DNA of 64,000 bases from Candidatus Saccharibacteria bacterium UBA6039 (GCA_002427805.1 DIZB01000030.1:804-64803); one strand, 5' to 3'. Positions 34,389-43,457 are shown, numbered from the stretch's first letter. The notes: a model not told the origin generated them from the sequence alone. Made by a program: numbers and translations.

Positions 34389-35291
34389 ATGACAAGCGAA
34401 CATACTCCCACACATACTGTTGAAGGAGACGCTGAAAGGCAGTCGCCTACGAAAGCTCAACGAGATACTTTTACTGTCCTTGAAGCAGGTATATTACCTC
34501 ATAGTACGCATGAACGTGATCACGCACGGGCATTACTGGGCGCTGCCTATACTATTCAAGGTGGGAAGCGATACGTCGAAAGAGTCGCAAACTATAATAG
34601 TAAAAATGTTATCTTAGGTCTCCCTCCTGAGATTACACTCGGCGCCCAGCTTGGGTACGAGAGTTCTGAGCGAAAAGAATTGCGTACGCGTCTTGCCAGT
34701 GAGCAGCGTGATGGAGTTATGATGACCATCGCTGATCATATGATGGATTATGTGGAGGATGCTAACCTCACAGTTGAGGCTCTGTACGATTTGGATGAAT
34801 CGATCGGAAGTTCACACCCGGGTCAAGGATCATTGGGGGCTTTGCTCGTTGATCCGCGACCAGAAATACACCATGCAGTTGCGACGCTCGCAAGACTATA
34901 TGAGACAAAGCAATATGCGTCGAGTAGTTTAAAGCAAATGGGCCATATGGATACGGATCTACTCGGTCGTACTGAAGAGGTTGATGAACGCATTGCTGAT
35001 GCACTGCGAGATATTACTATTGGTGAAACAAGAAAGGATATCACGGAGGCATTGCGGCTTGAAATTGGACGAATGGACTTTTGGACAGATCAGCTTTTTG
35101 GTCATCCAAGTCGGTCTTCACGACGAGTGCCATTAGGAGAAACAGGGGACTTTGACGAGCCAGCAGTCCAGAAGCGCTACGGAGTCATCGCAATTAATAA
35201 TCCATTGCTTCGGGATAAAGTTCTTCGACGGATGTCATTAATTGAATTAGGTGGCATGGTCACTACCCAAGAGGACGACATCAAAAAATAG
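34389..35291 (+). CDS. acidic cytoplasmic orphan protein 3 (300 aa)
   Basis: ATG 34389 lies 1 nt after the previous stop (the track start at 34341 would overlap). No known motif. Confidence 0.6.
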   Translation: MTSEHTPTHTVEGDAERQSPTKAQRDTFTVLEAGILPHSTHERDHARALLGAAYTIQGGKRYVERVANYNSKNVILGLPPEITLGAQLGYESSERKELRTRLASEQRDGVMMTIADHMMDYVEDANLTVEALYDLDESIGSSHPGQGSLGALLVDPRPEIHHAVATLARLYETKQYASSSLKQMGHMDTDLLGRTEEVDERIADALRDITIGETRKDITEALRLEIGRMDFWTDQLFGHPSRSSRRVPLGETGDFDEPAVQKRYGVIAINNPLLRDKVLRRMSLIELGGMVTTQEDDIKK

Positions 35292-35314
35292 CTATCAGAC
35301 GGATAGCTATTTTT
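35289..35314 (+). terminator. rho-independent terminator
   Basis: tagctatc-agacg-gatagcta (8-bp stem) followed by T5. It overlaps the stop codon of orphan 3. Confidence 0.75.
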
Positions 35315-35316
35315 AA

Positions 35317-35392
35317 TGGTGGGGCTGGATAGAGTTGAACTATCTACCAAAACGTTATGAGCATCCTGCTCTGACCGATGAGCTACAGCCCC
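35317..35392 (-). tRNA. tRNA with CAU anticodon (elongator Met or Ile2), CCA encoded
   Basis: The reverse complement GGGGCTGTAGCTCATCGGTCAGAGCAGGATGCTCATAACGTTTTGGTAGATAGTTCAACTCTATCCAGCCCCACCA folds as a cloverleaf. The acceptor is 7 bp with G1-C72, the D stem is GCTC/GAGC, the anticodon loop is CTCATAA, and the T arm is GATAG/CTATC. Confidence 0.85.
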
Positions 35393-35449
35393 GCTTGCCA
35401 TATTATAGCCTATCTGCCCCTAGTGGGCTATAATCAGAAGAGACTTACT

Positions 35450-35902
35450 ATGAAAAAAATAAACATCCGTCGTCTGTACTATCATGTTAGCCACAAGTAC
35501 TTCACCCTCAATAATGTGGTGATTGTGATTGCATTTGCCATTGCCGCTGGCTGGGTATGGGGGTCTCTTGGCGTGATGCAACGCAACTACGATCTGCAAA
35601 AAGAGATCGATTTGAAGCAGCGTCAACTGGAGCTTGCGCAAGTAGAAACTAGTAGTTTGCAGCTTGAACAACGTTACTACAATACTCGTGAGTATCAAGA
35701 GCTTGCTGTTCGCCAAGACCTGGGGCTTGGGCTACCTGGCGAGAAAGTGCTTATTCTACCACCAAATACGCAGGCTGCTAAAGACGCCGATGCAGCCTTT
35801 GCGACCACAAAAACAGCTGACGTGGTGCAGGTAGGTAATTTCCAACAGTGGGTAGACTTCCTTTTTGGCAATAATGGCAAGAAGGCATCTGGCTCTCAGT
35901 AA
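35450..35902 (+). CDS. FtsB/DivIC-like septum-formation-initiator family protein
   Basis: A short basic N-terminus, one TM helix (VVIVIAFAIAAGWVWGSLGV), then a leucine-zipper-like coiled coil (QRNYDLQKEIDLKQRQLELAQVETSSLQLE). The track start at 35378 overlaps the tRNA, so ATG 35450 is preferred. Confidence 0.55.
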   Translation: MKKINIRRLYYHVSHKYFTLNNVVIVIAFAIAAGWVWGSLGVMQRNYDLQKEIDLKQRQLELAQVETSSLQLEQRYYNTREYQELAVRQDLGLGLPGEKVLILPPNTQAAKDADAAFATTKTADVVQVGNFQQWVDFLFGNNGKKASGSQ

Positions 35903-35904
35903 TC

Positions 35905-35933
35905 TTGTAAAAATGCTCCTCATCTGTTAATAT
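35905..35933 (+). promoter_or_regulatory. sigma70-type promoter (TTGTAA-17-TAATAT) for the initiator-like tRNA
   Basis: Read directly. The -10 ends 11 nt before the mature tRNA 5' end. Confidence 0.5.
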
Positions 35934-35944
35934 GGTGGATGTAT

Positions 35945-36023
<79 letters not shown>

Positions 36024-36027
36024 GAAA

Positions 36028-36057
36028 AATTCTGAACAAACGTTCAGAATTTTTTGT
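36028..36057 (+). terminator. rho-independent terminator after the tRNA
   Basis: aattctgaac-aaac-gttcagaatt (10-bp stem) followed by a T-run. Confidence 0.8.
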
Positions 36058-36150
36058 TATATCACTCCCCTCCTGTATCGTAAGAAATTTAAAATTTACA
36101 ACACTTACGTGATTGACACTCACATGTATGAGCGCTTAAATGAGGTGACT

Positions 36151-36450
36151 ATGGGAAAAACAATCGAACAGCTCGTACCCGACTTTGCAACTATGAGCTC
36201 ATCTGAACGCCAGCGAATCGAGGCTGCTATGATCGAGGGTGGAAATTATTATGGTCCAGACCGTGTGCTTGCTGAAGGTATTCGTGACCTTGCCCTCGGC
36301 ATGGTTGTACGAGGTACTGCTAGGGCAATTAGAGAAGATCGTATGACACCGACACTCGACATCGAAATACCAGCACCTGTCGTATCTCATCACGATGCAC
36401 GGCTAGAAGGCGTACTGCATGCTGCACTTGAAACTGAACACATGGAATAA
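36151..36450 (+). CDS. hypothetical protein (99 aa)
   Basis: The track ORF 35932-36450 reads through the tRNA. ATG 36151 is preceded by GAGG and by TTGACA-17-TTAAAT (36113-36141). No known motif. Confidence 0.5.
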   Translation: MGKTIEQLVPDFATMSSSERQRIEAAMIEGGNYYGPDRVLAEGIRDLALGMVVRGTARAIREDRMTPTLDIEIPAPVVSHHDARLEGVLHAALETEHME

Positions 36451-37824
36451 CTAGCTGAGTTTACTTGCAGCGACGCGAATTGCTTCGCTCCAACTCAGGA
36501 AGGCGTGAGGTGTTTGGGCGATATCATCAGCTGTGAGGCCATGCTTCACGGCAAGGGCTAGTTCATGAATCATTTCGGCTGCATGCGGAGCAACGATTGT
36601 TCCGCCAAGCAATATTCCCTTTTTATCACTAATGAGCTTTACAAAGCCATCACGAAAATCTGATGTATTACTACGTGTAATCATGTTCAGTGGCGCAATT
36701 GCTTTATTAATCACAAGGTCGCGCTTGCGGCAGTCATCTTCACTAAGCCCTACATGCGCAATCGCGGGATAGGTAAAAATGAGGCTAGGGGTGCCTGTAT
36801 AATCCGGTACGGCCTTGGCTTTATGGAATATGTTATTGGCAACAATACGGCTCTCAAGGAGCGCACTGTGCGTATTGCTATCGCGTCCAAGCACGTCACC
36901 GGCTGCATAAATATGTTTATTAGTTGTTTGGAGGCGTTCACTTACTTCAATACCTTTTGGTGTGTACTTAACACCTGCATTCTCAAGGCCCATGTCAACG
37001 CGAGGTAAGCGCCCTGCCGCAATAATAATTTCCTCAACCAGAACCGTTTTTTCAACGCCTCCACGAGAATAGGTGACGCGTTTACCGAGGCCATCTTTGA
37101 CGGCTGATAGAACGCGTGTTTCGGTGAGGCTCGTGACGCCTTTTTGCTCTCGCAGTACGCGTTCCATAAGGTCACCAACTTCGTGATCTTGATGAGGCAA
37201 AATGCGACTCGCCTTTTCGGCAATGTATACTTTTGTTCCAAAGATTGCCATCAGTTGAGCTATCTCTACACCAATGTCGCCACCGCCAACAATAAGGACA
37301 GACTTTGGTGGCTTCACCGAGTAGAGAACTGCGCGCGGTGTGAGATAGCCGACTTTGTCGAGGCCCTTGATGTCTGGGATGGTCCACGTAGAGCCAGTCG
37401 CGATGACAAAGTGGGCTGCAGATAGGTGACGACGATTGACGCTTATCTCATTTGGGGAGAGGAAATGAGCGATGCCACTAAACGTGCTAATCCCCTGCGT
37501 CTCGTAAAAGCGGCGATTGCCACCGGCACCAGTGCGGCTGACGGCGAGGTCCTTCCAGGCGCGTAGAGACGGGTAGTTATAGCCTAAGGTTGCAGAGCGT
37601 AGCCCGAAACGAGCACCATGGCGTGCCTCGTCGTATAGGTGAGCGGCATGTAATAATGCTTTTGTTGGCACTTCACTCCAGTTAGAGGAGTCACCGCCAA
37701 ATTCATCAGCTTCAACAATGGCGACTCGCTTGCCTTCACGGGCAGCAATGGTAGCCGCAGCACTTCCACCAGCGCCGCTACCGATAACGATGAGATCATA
37801 ATCAAATGTATTTTTTGTTGCCAT
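36451..37824 (-). CDS. class I pyridine-nucleotide disulfide oxidoreductase-family flavoprotein lacking the redox-active Cys pair
   Basis: The FAD fold is DLIVIGSGAGGSAAA; the NAD fold is VLIVGGGDIGVE. IYAAGDV is present, as is the C-terminal dimerisation domain with PHAFLSWSE. Where Lpd/GR have GGxCLNxGCxPSK, this protein reads GGDSSNWSEVPTK. Confidence 0.85.
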   Translation of the reverse strand: MATKNTFDYDLIVIGSGAGGSAAATIAAREGKRVAIVEADEFGGDSSNWSEVPTKALLHAAHLYDEARHGARFGLRSATLGYNYPSLRAWKDLAVSRTGAGGNRRFYETQGISTFSGIAHFLSPNEISVNRRHLSAAHFVIATGSTWTIPDIKGLDKVGYLTPRAVLYSVKPPKSVLIVGGGDIGVEIAQLMAIFGTKVYIAEKASRILPHQDHEVGDLMERVLREQKGVTSLTETRVLSAVKDGLGKRVTYSRGGVEKTVLVEEIIIAAGRLPRVDMGLENAGVKYTPKGIEVSERLQTTNKHIYAAGDVLGRDSNTHSALLESRIVANNIFHKAKAVPDYTGTPSLIFTYPAIAHVGLSEDDCRKRDLVINKAIAPLNMITRSNTSDFRDGFVKLISDKKGILLGGTIVAPHAAEMIHELALAVKHGLTADDIAQTPHAFLSWSEAIRVAASKLS

Positions 37825-37833
37825 TATTTTTCC

Positions 37834-38118
37834 TTACATCGTTATCTTGTATTGTTTATATAAATACGCCGCGTCGGGGTGATGTGTGTGGAGATGCTTT
37901 GCAGCAATCGTACGAATATCACCACTCGTAATTTCTTGTTTGTCCTCGAGCCACTGCATAACGGTCTCGGTAACACTTTTTGCAATCGATTCAGCCTGTC
38001 CAACGGGAGTACGCACGCTCAAGCAAGCAGCGACAATACTGGCGTGAAGCTTTTGTTCATTGAAGCCCTCATTCTGTCTGCGTCCTTCTCGTTTGACGAT
38101 ATCAACTGCGAGGCCCAC
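37834..38118 (-). CDS. stand-alone ATP-cone domain protein
   Basis: VDIVKREGRRQNEGFNEQKLHASIVAACL..AESIAKSVTETVMQWL..ITSGDIRTIAAKHL follows the ATP-cone pattern (V-KRdG--e-F---Ki). There is no zinc ribbon, so it is not a full NrdR. Confidence 0.6.
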   Translation of the reverse strand: MGLAVDIVKREGRRQNEGFNEQKLHASIVAACLSVRTPVGQAESIAKSVTETVMQWLEDKQEITSGDIRTIAAKHLHTHHPDAAYLYKQYKITM

Positions 38119-38120
38119 CT

Positions 38121-38834
38121 CTAAATACCTCCTACCGATGCTGCGATCACTTGTGCAACATAGACGTAAAAGCCAAGGACGAGCAAGCCACTACCGGCTG
38201 CAAACTGTAAGAAGCCTTTATTTGCTTCACGCCATTTCTGTACACGACTCAAGCTGTGGCCGCTGCCGACGAGGGCCCATACAATGCCAAGGGATAGTAG
38301 GGAAATGAGCGTATATATTGCAACGCCAATGAGCTGCCACTGGCTGGGAAGTTGCACAACAACAAGCGCAGCAATAATAATTGGGCCAATGATAAAGATG
38401 AGTTCGCTCAGTACGCTTACAAGTCCAAGCCCAAACGACTCGCCGCTTAATTTTGTTGCTTTGGTTCGGTCATTCAAGTAAGAGGCAAGTGAACGGGGAA
38501 TCCAAAGCGTTGTCCCCTCCCCTTTTCGGTAATAAAATAACCACACTGCAACGCCAATACCAAAGAGGAGACCGGCAGCAATAGACCATACGTATAGGGG
38601 AACGCTAGTACCGAATGCCTGGCTAATAACGTATGCCACAAACGTCACAATCAGTAATGTCATAAGACCTGCGCCGAAGACAAATGAGCTGGTGAGTCGC
38701 AACGTCCGTGCATGTGACTTCTTCGATCCAATAGCATGACCACTAAGGGTGGTGAGGACACTTGTACTCAACTGAAAGCTGGCATGAATAAGACCGGCGA
38801 ATGCCACAACGAGGAGTGAACTAAGGATATCCAT
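38121..38834 (-). CDS. polytopic membrane protein (about 6 TM, hypothetical)
   Basis: Six hydrophobic segments. It is the first gene of a tightly packed three-gene minus-strand unit with the ATP-cone and flavoprotein genes (gaps of 2 and 9 nt). Confidence 0.6.
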   Translation of the reverse strand: MDILSSLLVVAFAGLIHASFQLSTSVLTTLSGHAIGSKKSHARTLRLTSSFVFGAGLMTLLIVTFVAYVISQAFGTSVPLYVWSIAAGLLFGIGVAVWLFYYRKGEGTTLWIPRSLASYLNDRTKATKLSGESFGLGLVSVLSELIFIIGPIIIAALVVVQLPSQWQLIGVAIYTLISLLSLGIVWALVGSGHSLSRVQKWREANKGFLQFAAGSGLLVLGFYVYVAQVIAASVGGI

Positions 38835-39163
38835 ATGTTTATTTTTTGTTCCTTTAGCTTATTTATAGCATAACCGATACACATCCGTCAAAGAATGTTA
38901 TAAAATACTATTGCTTTTTCATAACATTTATGCTTAAATAGTATCACTAAACAATAAAACAAAAAGAAAGTAAAAGCGCCATGGATATTAACACTCAAGA
39001 AGGCAACATCGAAGCGGTAACTATGTCTGATATTTTAAATTTATCGACGTGGAATCGTACGCGTTCAAGCGATGAACTGATTAGTTTTATAAGTCGTCGT
39101 GAAGCAGCACTCGAAGATACATCCCAAGACCAGTAACAATAAAGTTTGGTATACTAAGGATTA

Positions 39164-39868
39164 ATGTATACACGAATTTTACTCAAGCTTTCAGGCGAAC
39201 AACTTCAGGGACAATACGACGGTGGATTTGATATTGAGCGAGCTTCATGGATAGCGGATCAGTTGCGGCCACTCGTCGAGCAAAAGAAACAAATCGTTAT
39301 TATGGTAGGCGGTGGTAATTATGCCCGTGGTGCACAGCTCGCAAGCGAACAGATTCCACGCGTGACAGCTGATAACATCGGCATGCTAGCAACACTTATG
39401 AATGCACTCGCACTTGCGAGTGTTCTTAATTCTAAGGGCGTCCCTGCGAGGGCTCTTAGCAACATCAAGGCCGATCAAGTCGTCGATCAGTTCACTCATC
39501 GTCGTGCCCTATCACATCTACAAAAAGGCCGGGTAGTGATTGTTGCAGGTGGCATAGGCAGGCCGTATCTCACAACTGACACTGCGGCGGTCAGCCTGGC
39601 GCTTGAAATGGACTGTGAAGTGGTGCTGAAGGCGACAAAAGTTGATGGTGTCTATGATAAAGATCCAGAACAGTTTGGTGATGCAGTGAAGCTCGAGCAC
39701 GTCAGTTTTGATGAAGCGTTGCAGAACGTTGATATAAAAATTATGGATAAAGCTGCAGTTGGACTTGCTATGGAGCATCACACACCTGTGATTGTATTTG
39801 CGTTACTGACGGATGGTAATATTGGCCGAGTTGTTGCTGGCGACGGTGCCGGTACACTTATTGGTTAA
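39164..39868 (+). CDS. pyrH: UMP kinase
   Basis: ILLKLSGEQL, VGGGNYARG, VIVAGGIGRPYLTTDTAAVSLALEM and KATKVDGVYDKDP. Confidence 0.95.
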   Translation: MYTRILLKLSGEQLQGQYDGGFDIERASWIADQLRPLVEQKKQIVIMVGGGNYARGAQLASEQIPRVTADNIGMLATLMNALALASVLNSKGVPARALSNIKADQVVDQFTHRRALSHLQKGRVVIVAGGIGRPYLTTDTAAVSLALEMDCEVVLKATKVDGVYDKDPEQFGDAVKLEHVSFDEALQNVDIKIMDKAAVGLAMEHHTPVIVFALLTDGNIGRVVAGDGAGTLIG

Positions 39869-40515
39869 CGACCAAGTCCGGAGATAAGGCTAATTGTGGT
39901 TGCAATAATCACGGTTCCAAAAACGTAGGAAAGTAACGAGTGTCGAAGGACGGTTTTACGAAATTCACTGCCGATGAGGTCGGTATCGGCCACCTGGTAG
40001 GTCATACCAATGGTGAATGCAAGATAGGCAAAATCACTATATTCAGGCTCGTGATCATGTTTGAAGTCAATGCTCCCTACGATATCTTTTGAATAATAGA
40101 GCACGGCATAGCGCAGCGTATAGAGCGTATGAATGAGTATCCAGGCAACCACAATGCTCCCGATACTAATGCTTGTCAGAAGGATTTGGTGGCCGCCACT
40201 TGAGTGAGCGGCTTGAAAGAGTGCAAAGATAACAGCGCCGAGGCTGGCAACAGCTGCACTTAGCAGAGCAATATCTGCTCCTGTGCGACTCGGATCTTCA
40301 CGTAGTGCATATGCTGCCGTGCGTTTATGGTCCATGGGAAGGATGATAAGGAGTACCCACACCACAAACACAATAACGGCTATGTCCCAGCCAAGCAGGA
40401 ATGATATGTTACCAACATTGAGTGATTTTAGAATGAACGTGGCAATGATACCAATGAGGAGGGCAATAACGAGCCGCTTGCCGGCGGATTTGTTGAGTTT
40501 ATGAAATGCTGTCAT
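39865..40515 (-). CDS. DUF1345-family membrane protein
   Basis: YALREDPSRTGADI.. and the C-terminal YSDFAYLAFTIGMTYQVADTDL..LRHSLLSYVFGTVIIATTI match the DUF1345 layout. Confidence 0.65.
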   Translation of the reverse strand: MTAFHKLNKSAGKRLVIALLIGIIATFILKSLNVGNISFLLGWDIAVIVFVVWVLLIILPMDHKRTAAYALREDPSRTGADIALLSAAVASLGAVIFALFQAAHSSGGHQILLTSISIGSIVVAWILIHTLYTLRYAVLYYSKDIVGSIDFKHDHEPEYSDFAYLAFTIGMTYQVADTDLIGSEFRKTVLRHSLLSYVFGTVIIATTISLISGLGR

Positions 40516-40592
40516 GACTATATAGTAGCACCTCCACGTATTGTGTATGCAGTGGAGGATAATTTACATATTAACAACAACTCAGTATAGTA

Positions 40593-41459
40593 ATGATGAT
40601 GGAGAAGTTTATTGCCCACTTTCGACGGGGTCCTGAGGTAGTTGCCATTCGAGGTTTGCTCTCCATTGCAGTGGTGTGTATTATCCTGTCAGTTACCGTC
40701 AATTTCTATAGTGCCTATACGGGCTTTACTCGTCCAGTACAATTCACACAAATAGCGCTAATGAACTATCCAAGCTTACCTGGCTTTATCGTGTTTGAGA
40801 GTGCTATGGAAGTGCTAATTGCTGTTTTTGGAACATATTTATTCTTCGCTATATGGGCCAGGGCGCGCCGGACGCGGAAGCTTGCAATCGCCTATTTTAC
40901 TTTCATCCTTATTTACGGCGTACTTGATGCCTTCTTGGGCTATTTACAATTTGGGGGTAATAGCGAAATACTCAGTGCGGCGTTTAAAGGTGGGGGCCAA
41001 ATTCGAATGGTAGTCTACGCAACGCTAGGTCTCGCCTATTTTATGGCGTCACGACGCGTACGTGTGACTTTCGAGGGTGCGTCGGAGGAAACTGCGGTAG
41101 TAAGTAGCGAGGCGATCACTGAAGTTGAGTCTCCTGCCAAGCCGACTGGTAAATATGAAGAAGAACTGACGATGCTTGAATCGTTGGCATTTGAATTGGA
41201 TCAAGGCTGTCGAGAGGGGCAAGTTGCGCGAAGCGTCTCGCGTCGAGCAAAGAAATATCTTGACCAAGTGGCAGACGAAATTATGGATAGTAGATCGGTG
41301 GAAAATCGATCGTATATTGTCTATGAGGTTCAAGCACTTCTGGCGTGGATTAAGCATAATGAACCTGAGGCTCGTGAGCTAGTTGCCTTCGCGGCTACCG
41401 AGAAGGGTGACGACATTCTTTTTACTCAGACAGCTAATATGATTTTACGTAAGGAGTAG
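40593..41459 (+). CDS. membrane protein with a cytoplasmic helical tail (hypothetical)
   Basis: Four to five TM segments, then ~120 aa of acidic helical sequence. There are three consecutive ATGs at 40593-40601 right after TATAGT (40586-40591). Confidence 0.55.
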   Translation: MMMEKFIAHFRRGPEVVAIRGLLSIAVVCIILSVTVNFYSAYTGFTRPVQFTQIALMNYPSLPGFIVFESAMEVLIAVFGTYLFFAIWARARRTRKLAIAYFTFILIYGVLDAFLGYLQFGGNSEILSAAFKGGGQIRMVVYATLGLAYFMASRRVRVTFEGASEETAVVSSEAITEVESPAKPTGKYEEELTMLESLAFELDQGCREGQVARSVSRRAKKYLDQVADEIMDSRSVENRSYIVYEVQALLAWIKHNEPEARELVAFAATEKGDDILFTQTANMILRKE

Positions 41460-41488
41460 TAAATTGAGACTTTTAAACTAACAGCTCA

Positions 41489-41584
41489 TAAAAATTAGCG
41501 TCCGAAGACGCTAAAAATCATATTTTGGTAGAGACTGTAAAAATACTATGGAACCAAATCACACATGAACTAATTGAACTGAGT
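41489..41584. repeat. intergenic repeat element, copy 1 (hairpin plus ~60-nt conserved block)
   Basis: taaaaattagcgtccgaagacgctaaaaatcatattttgg is near-identical to 43455-43496. The following ggtagagactgtaaaaatactatggaaccaaatcacacatgaactaattga matches 44535-44587 at about 80-85% by eye. Confidence 0.85.
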
Positions 41585-41863
41585 AGTATTACTGAGAGAG
41601 TCAATGAGACAAATAGATTAGTAAATATGGTGTAGCGACTGAACTAGTCATAAAGTAGAGCTGATTATTTGCTTATTAAGCACTACCTTGATAGTATTAC
41701 CGTAGGTACCATGTTCAAGGATGAGAATAGAGATTAGCGATGTATACCTAATCTTAGTATCTCCTGTTAAACATATCACTCGACCTTCTATACGTTTTCT
41801 GGTTGGAATTGATGCACGGATTCACTCAGGGCATTAACCAGTAAAAGTAAATAGAGGGTAATT

Positions 41864-42796
41864 ATGAGAAAACGTAGTAGTACTAAAATAGTCAGTGGCG
41901 CATTTATAGCTGTCGGTATATTTGTCATTAGTCTAATAATAGGCATAAGCCCTGTTGCGCGGGCAGCACAGTCGACGGTCAACTTAGGAACAGCTGCACC
42001 GTTTGCTATCTTGGCTGGCACACCTAATATTACGGATGCCGGTAACACATCCGTTATTACGGGGAATGTCGGATTGAGTCCGGCAACAGGCGCCGGCATT
42101 GGTCTTCTCTGTTCACAAGTAACGGGTACCATTTACTCCGTTGATGCAGCTGGTCCGTTACCGTGTAGAATCACGAATGGTCCACTGATGGTCACCGCGA
42201 AGAATGATCTTGATACTGCCTATATTGATGCCGCAGGACGAACACCACTCACGACTGTCCCGACTGAACTTGGCGGGACGACACTAGTTGCCGGTGTGTA
42301 CAATTCGGTATCAACAACTTTTGGTATTACCGCAGGAGCCGGAGCATTGACCCTGAACGGTCAAGGTGATCCCTCATCTGTATTTATCTTCCAAGCACCG
42401 TTTAGCGGTAATGGATTGACGGTTGGAGATGGCAGCACAGTAGCACTTATTAATGGCGCCCAGGCTTGTAACGTCTTTTGGCGTGTTGATACTGCAAGTG
42501 TTGGGACAACGGCTAACTTTGTAGGAACAATACTTGCTCTCAACTCTATAACCGCCACAAACGGGGCAACCATCTCAGGCAGGTTACTTGCAAGAAATGG
42601 AAATGTTACCCTTATTAACGATACCATTACGACACCGACTTGTGCAGGAAGCGGTTCATCCAACAACACCGTTCCCGGGTTACCTAATACAGGACTTTTC
42701 GGCAATCAAAGTCTATTGTGGGCTATCATTCCTCCAACTATTGTTTTGACAATTTTGCTACTTGTCTATATTGGTCGTAGAAAACACTTGATTTAG
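41864..42796 (+). CDS. LPXTG-anchored ice-binding-like (DUF3494) surface protein
   Basis: Signal peptide ..SPVARA/AQS. DUF3494 blocks are VNLGTAAPFAILAGTPNITDAGNTSVITGNVGLSP, GGTTLVAGVYNS, NGAQACNVFWRV and GTILALNSITATNGATISGRLLARNGNVTL. The C-terminal sorting signal is LPNTG, a hydrophobic helix, then RRKH. Confidence 0.8.
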   Translation: MRKRSSTKIVSGAFIAVGIFVISLIIGISPVARAAQSTVNLGTAAPFAILAGTPNITDAGNTSVITGNVGLSPATGAGIGLLCSQVTGTIYSVDAAGPLPCRITNGPLMVTAKNDLDTAYIDAAGRTPLTTVPTELGGTTLVAGVYNSVSTTFGITAGAGALTLNGQGDPSSVFIFQAPFSGNGLTVGDGSTVALINGAQACNVFWRVDTASVGTTANFVGTILALNSITATNGATISGRLLARNGNVTLINDTITTPTCAGSGSSNNTVPGLPNTGLFGNQSLLWAIIPPTIVLTILLLVYIGRRKHLI

Positions 42797-42803
42797 ATAT
42801 TCT

Positions 42804-43457
42804 ATGCGAAGCCTACGCGCTAAGAAGTCATCCCAGACTATATTGCGACGGATAGTATTGTTTGTTGGCGTGCCAGTGGTATCAGCATGCCTCACATTCA
42901 TGTTTCTGTACGCCCTTGTACCCGTTACGTATAGTTTTATAGTACCAGCGAAAACAACCATTATGGCACCGGCTTCCCCTAAAGTTAACGTGACCGGATT
43001 TGCTGCTGTCGTGGTCGTACCACCAGTACGTCTTCAGATTACAAGTATTCATGTAGATACCATAATCTACGACGCAGGACTGACAGGTAGTGGTGATATG
43101 GATATAAGTGAAAATCCTGATGAAGTTGCGTGGTACCAGTTTGGTCCGAAACCTGGAGAAATAGGGAGTGCTGTAATTGCCGGACATTACGGCTGGAAGG
43201 ACGGACGCGGTTCGATTTTCAACAATCTCCATACAGTCGTAAAGGGTGATGAAATTTCTGTCTATGATCAAAAAGGTGTTAAAAAGACATTTATTGTGCA
43301 GGCGACTCAGCTATATGATCCTCAGGCGGACGCAACGAAAGTATTTACCTCTACCGATAAGAAAGCACATCTTAACTTGGTTACCTGCGAAGGAGCGTGG
43401 GTTGATAATAAGAACAGCTACTCTAACCGACTAGTGGTTTTTACTGATCTAAAGTAA
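42804..43457 (+). CDS. sortase-family transpeptidase
   Basis: N-terminal TM anchor. The catalytic triad context is AVIAGHYGW (His), LNLVTCEG (the TLxTC-type Cys) and YSNRLVVF (Arg). It starts 7 nt after the stop of the LPXTG gene. Confidence 0.8.
   Translation: MRSLRAKKSSQTILRRIVLFVGVPVVSACLTFMFLYALVPVTYSFIVPAKTTIMAPASPKVNVTGFAAVVVVPPVRLQITSIHVDTIIYDAGLTGSGDMDISENPDEVAWYQFGPKPGEIGSAVIAGHYGWKDGRGSIFNNLHTVVKGDEISVYDQKGVKKTFIVQATQLYDPQADATKVFTSTDKKAHLNLVTCEGAWVDNKNSYSNRLVVFTDLK

Noticed and set aside
38981-39136. 51-codon ORF in the gap before pyrH (MDINTQEGNIEAVTMSDILNL..)
   Set aside because: There is only an A-rich stretch upstream and no clear RBS or promoter. It is unsupported without conservation data.
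41543-41548. Minus-strand promoter (TAGTAT) inside repeat-element copy 1 that would make a ~50-nt sRNA ending at the hairpin
   Set aside because: No usable -35 or TG extension is present, and the hexamer is degraded to GGGTAT in copy 3. The sRNA idea is kept only as one option in the repeat-element finding.
41788-42132. 114-aa minus ORF overlapping the start of the DUF3494 gene
   Set aside because: It is antisense to a gene with strong family motifs, and has no RBS or promoter.
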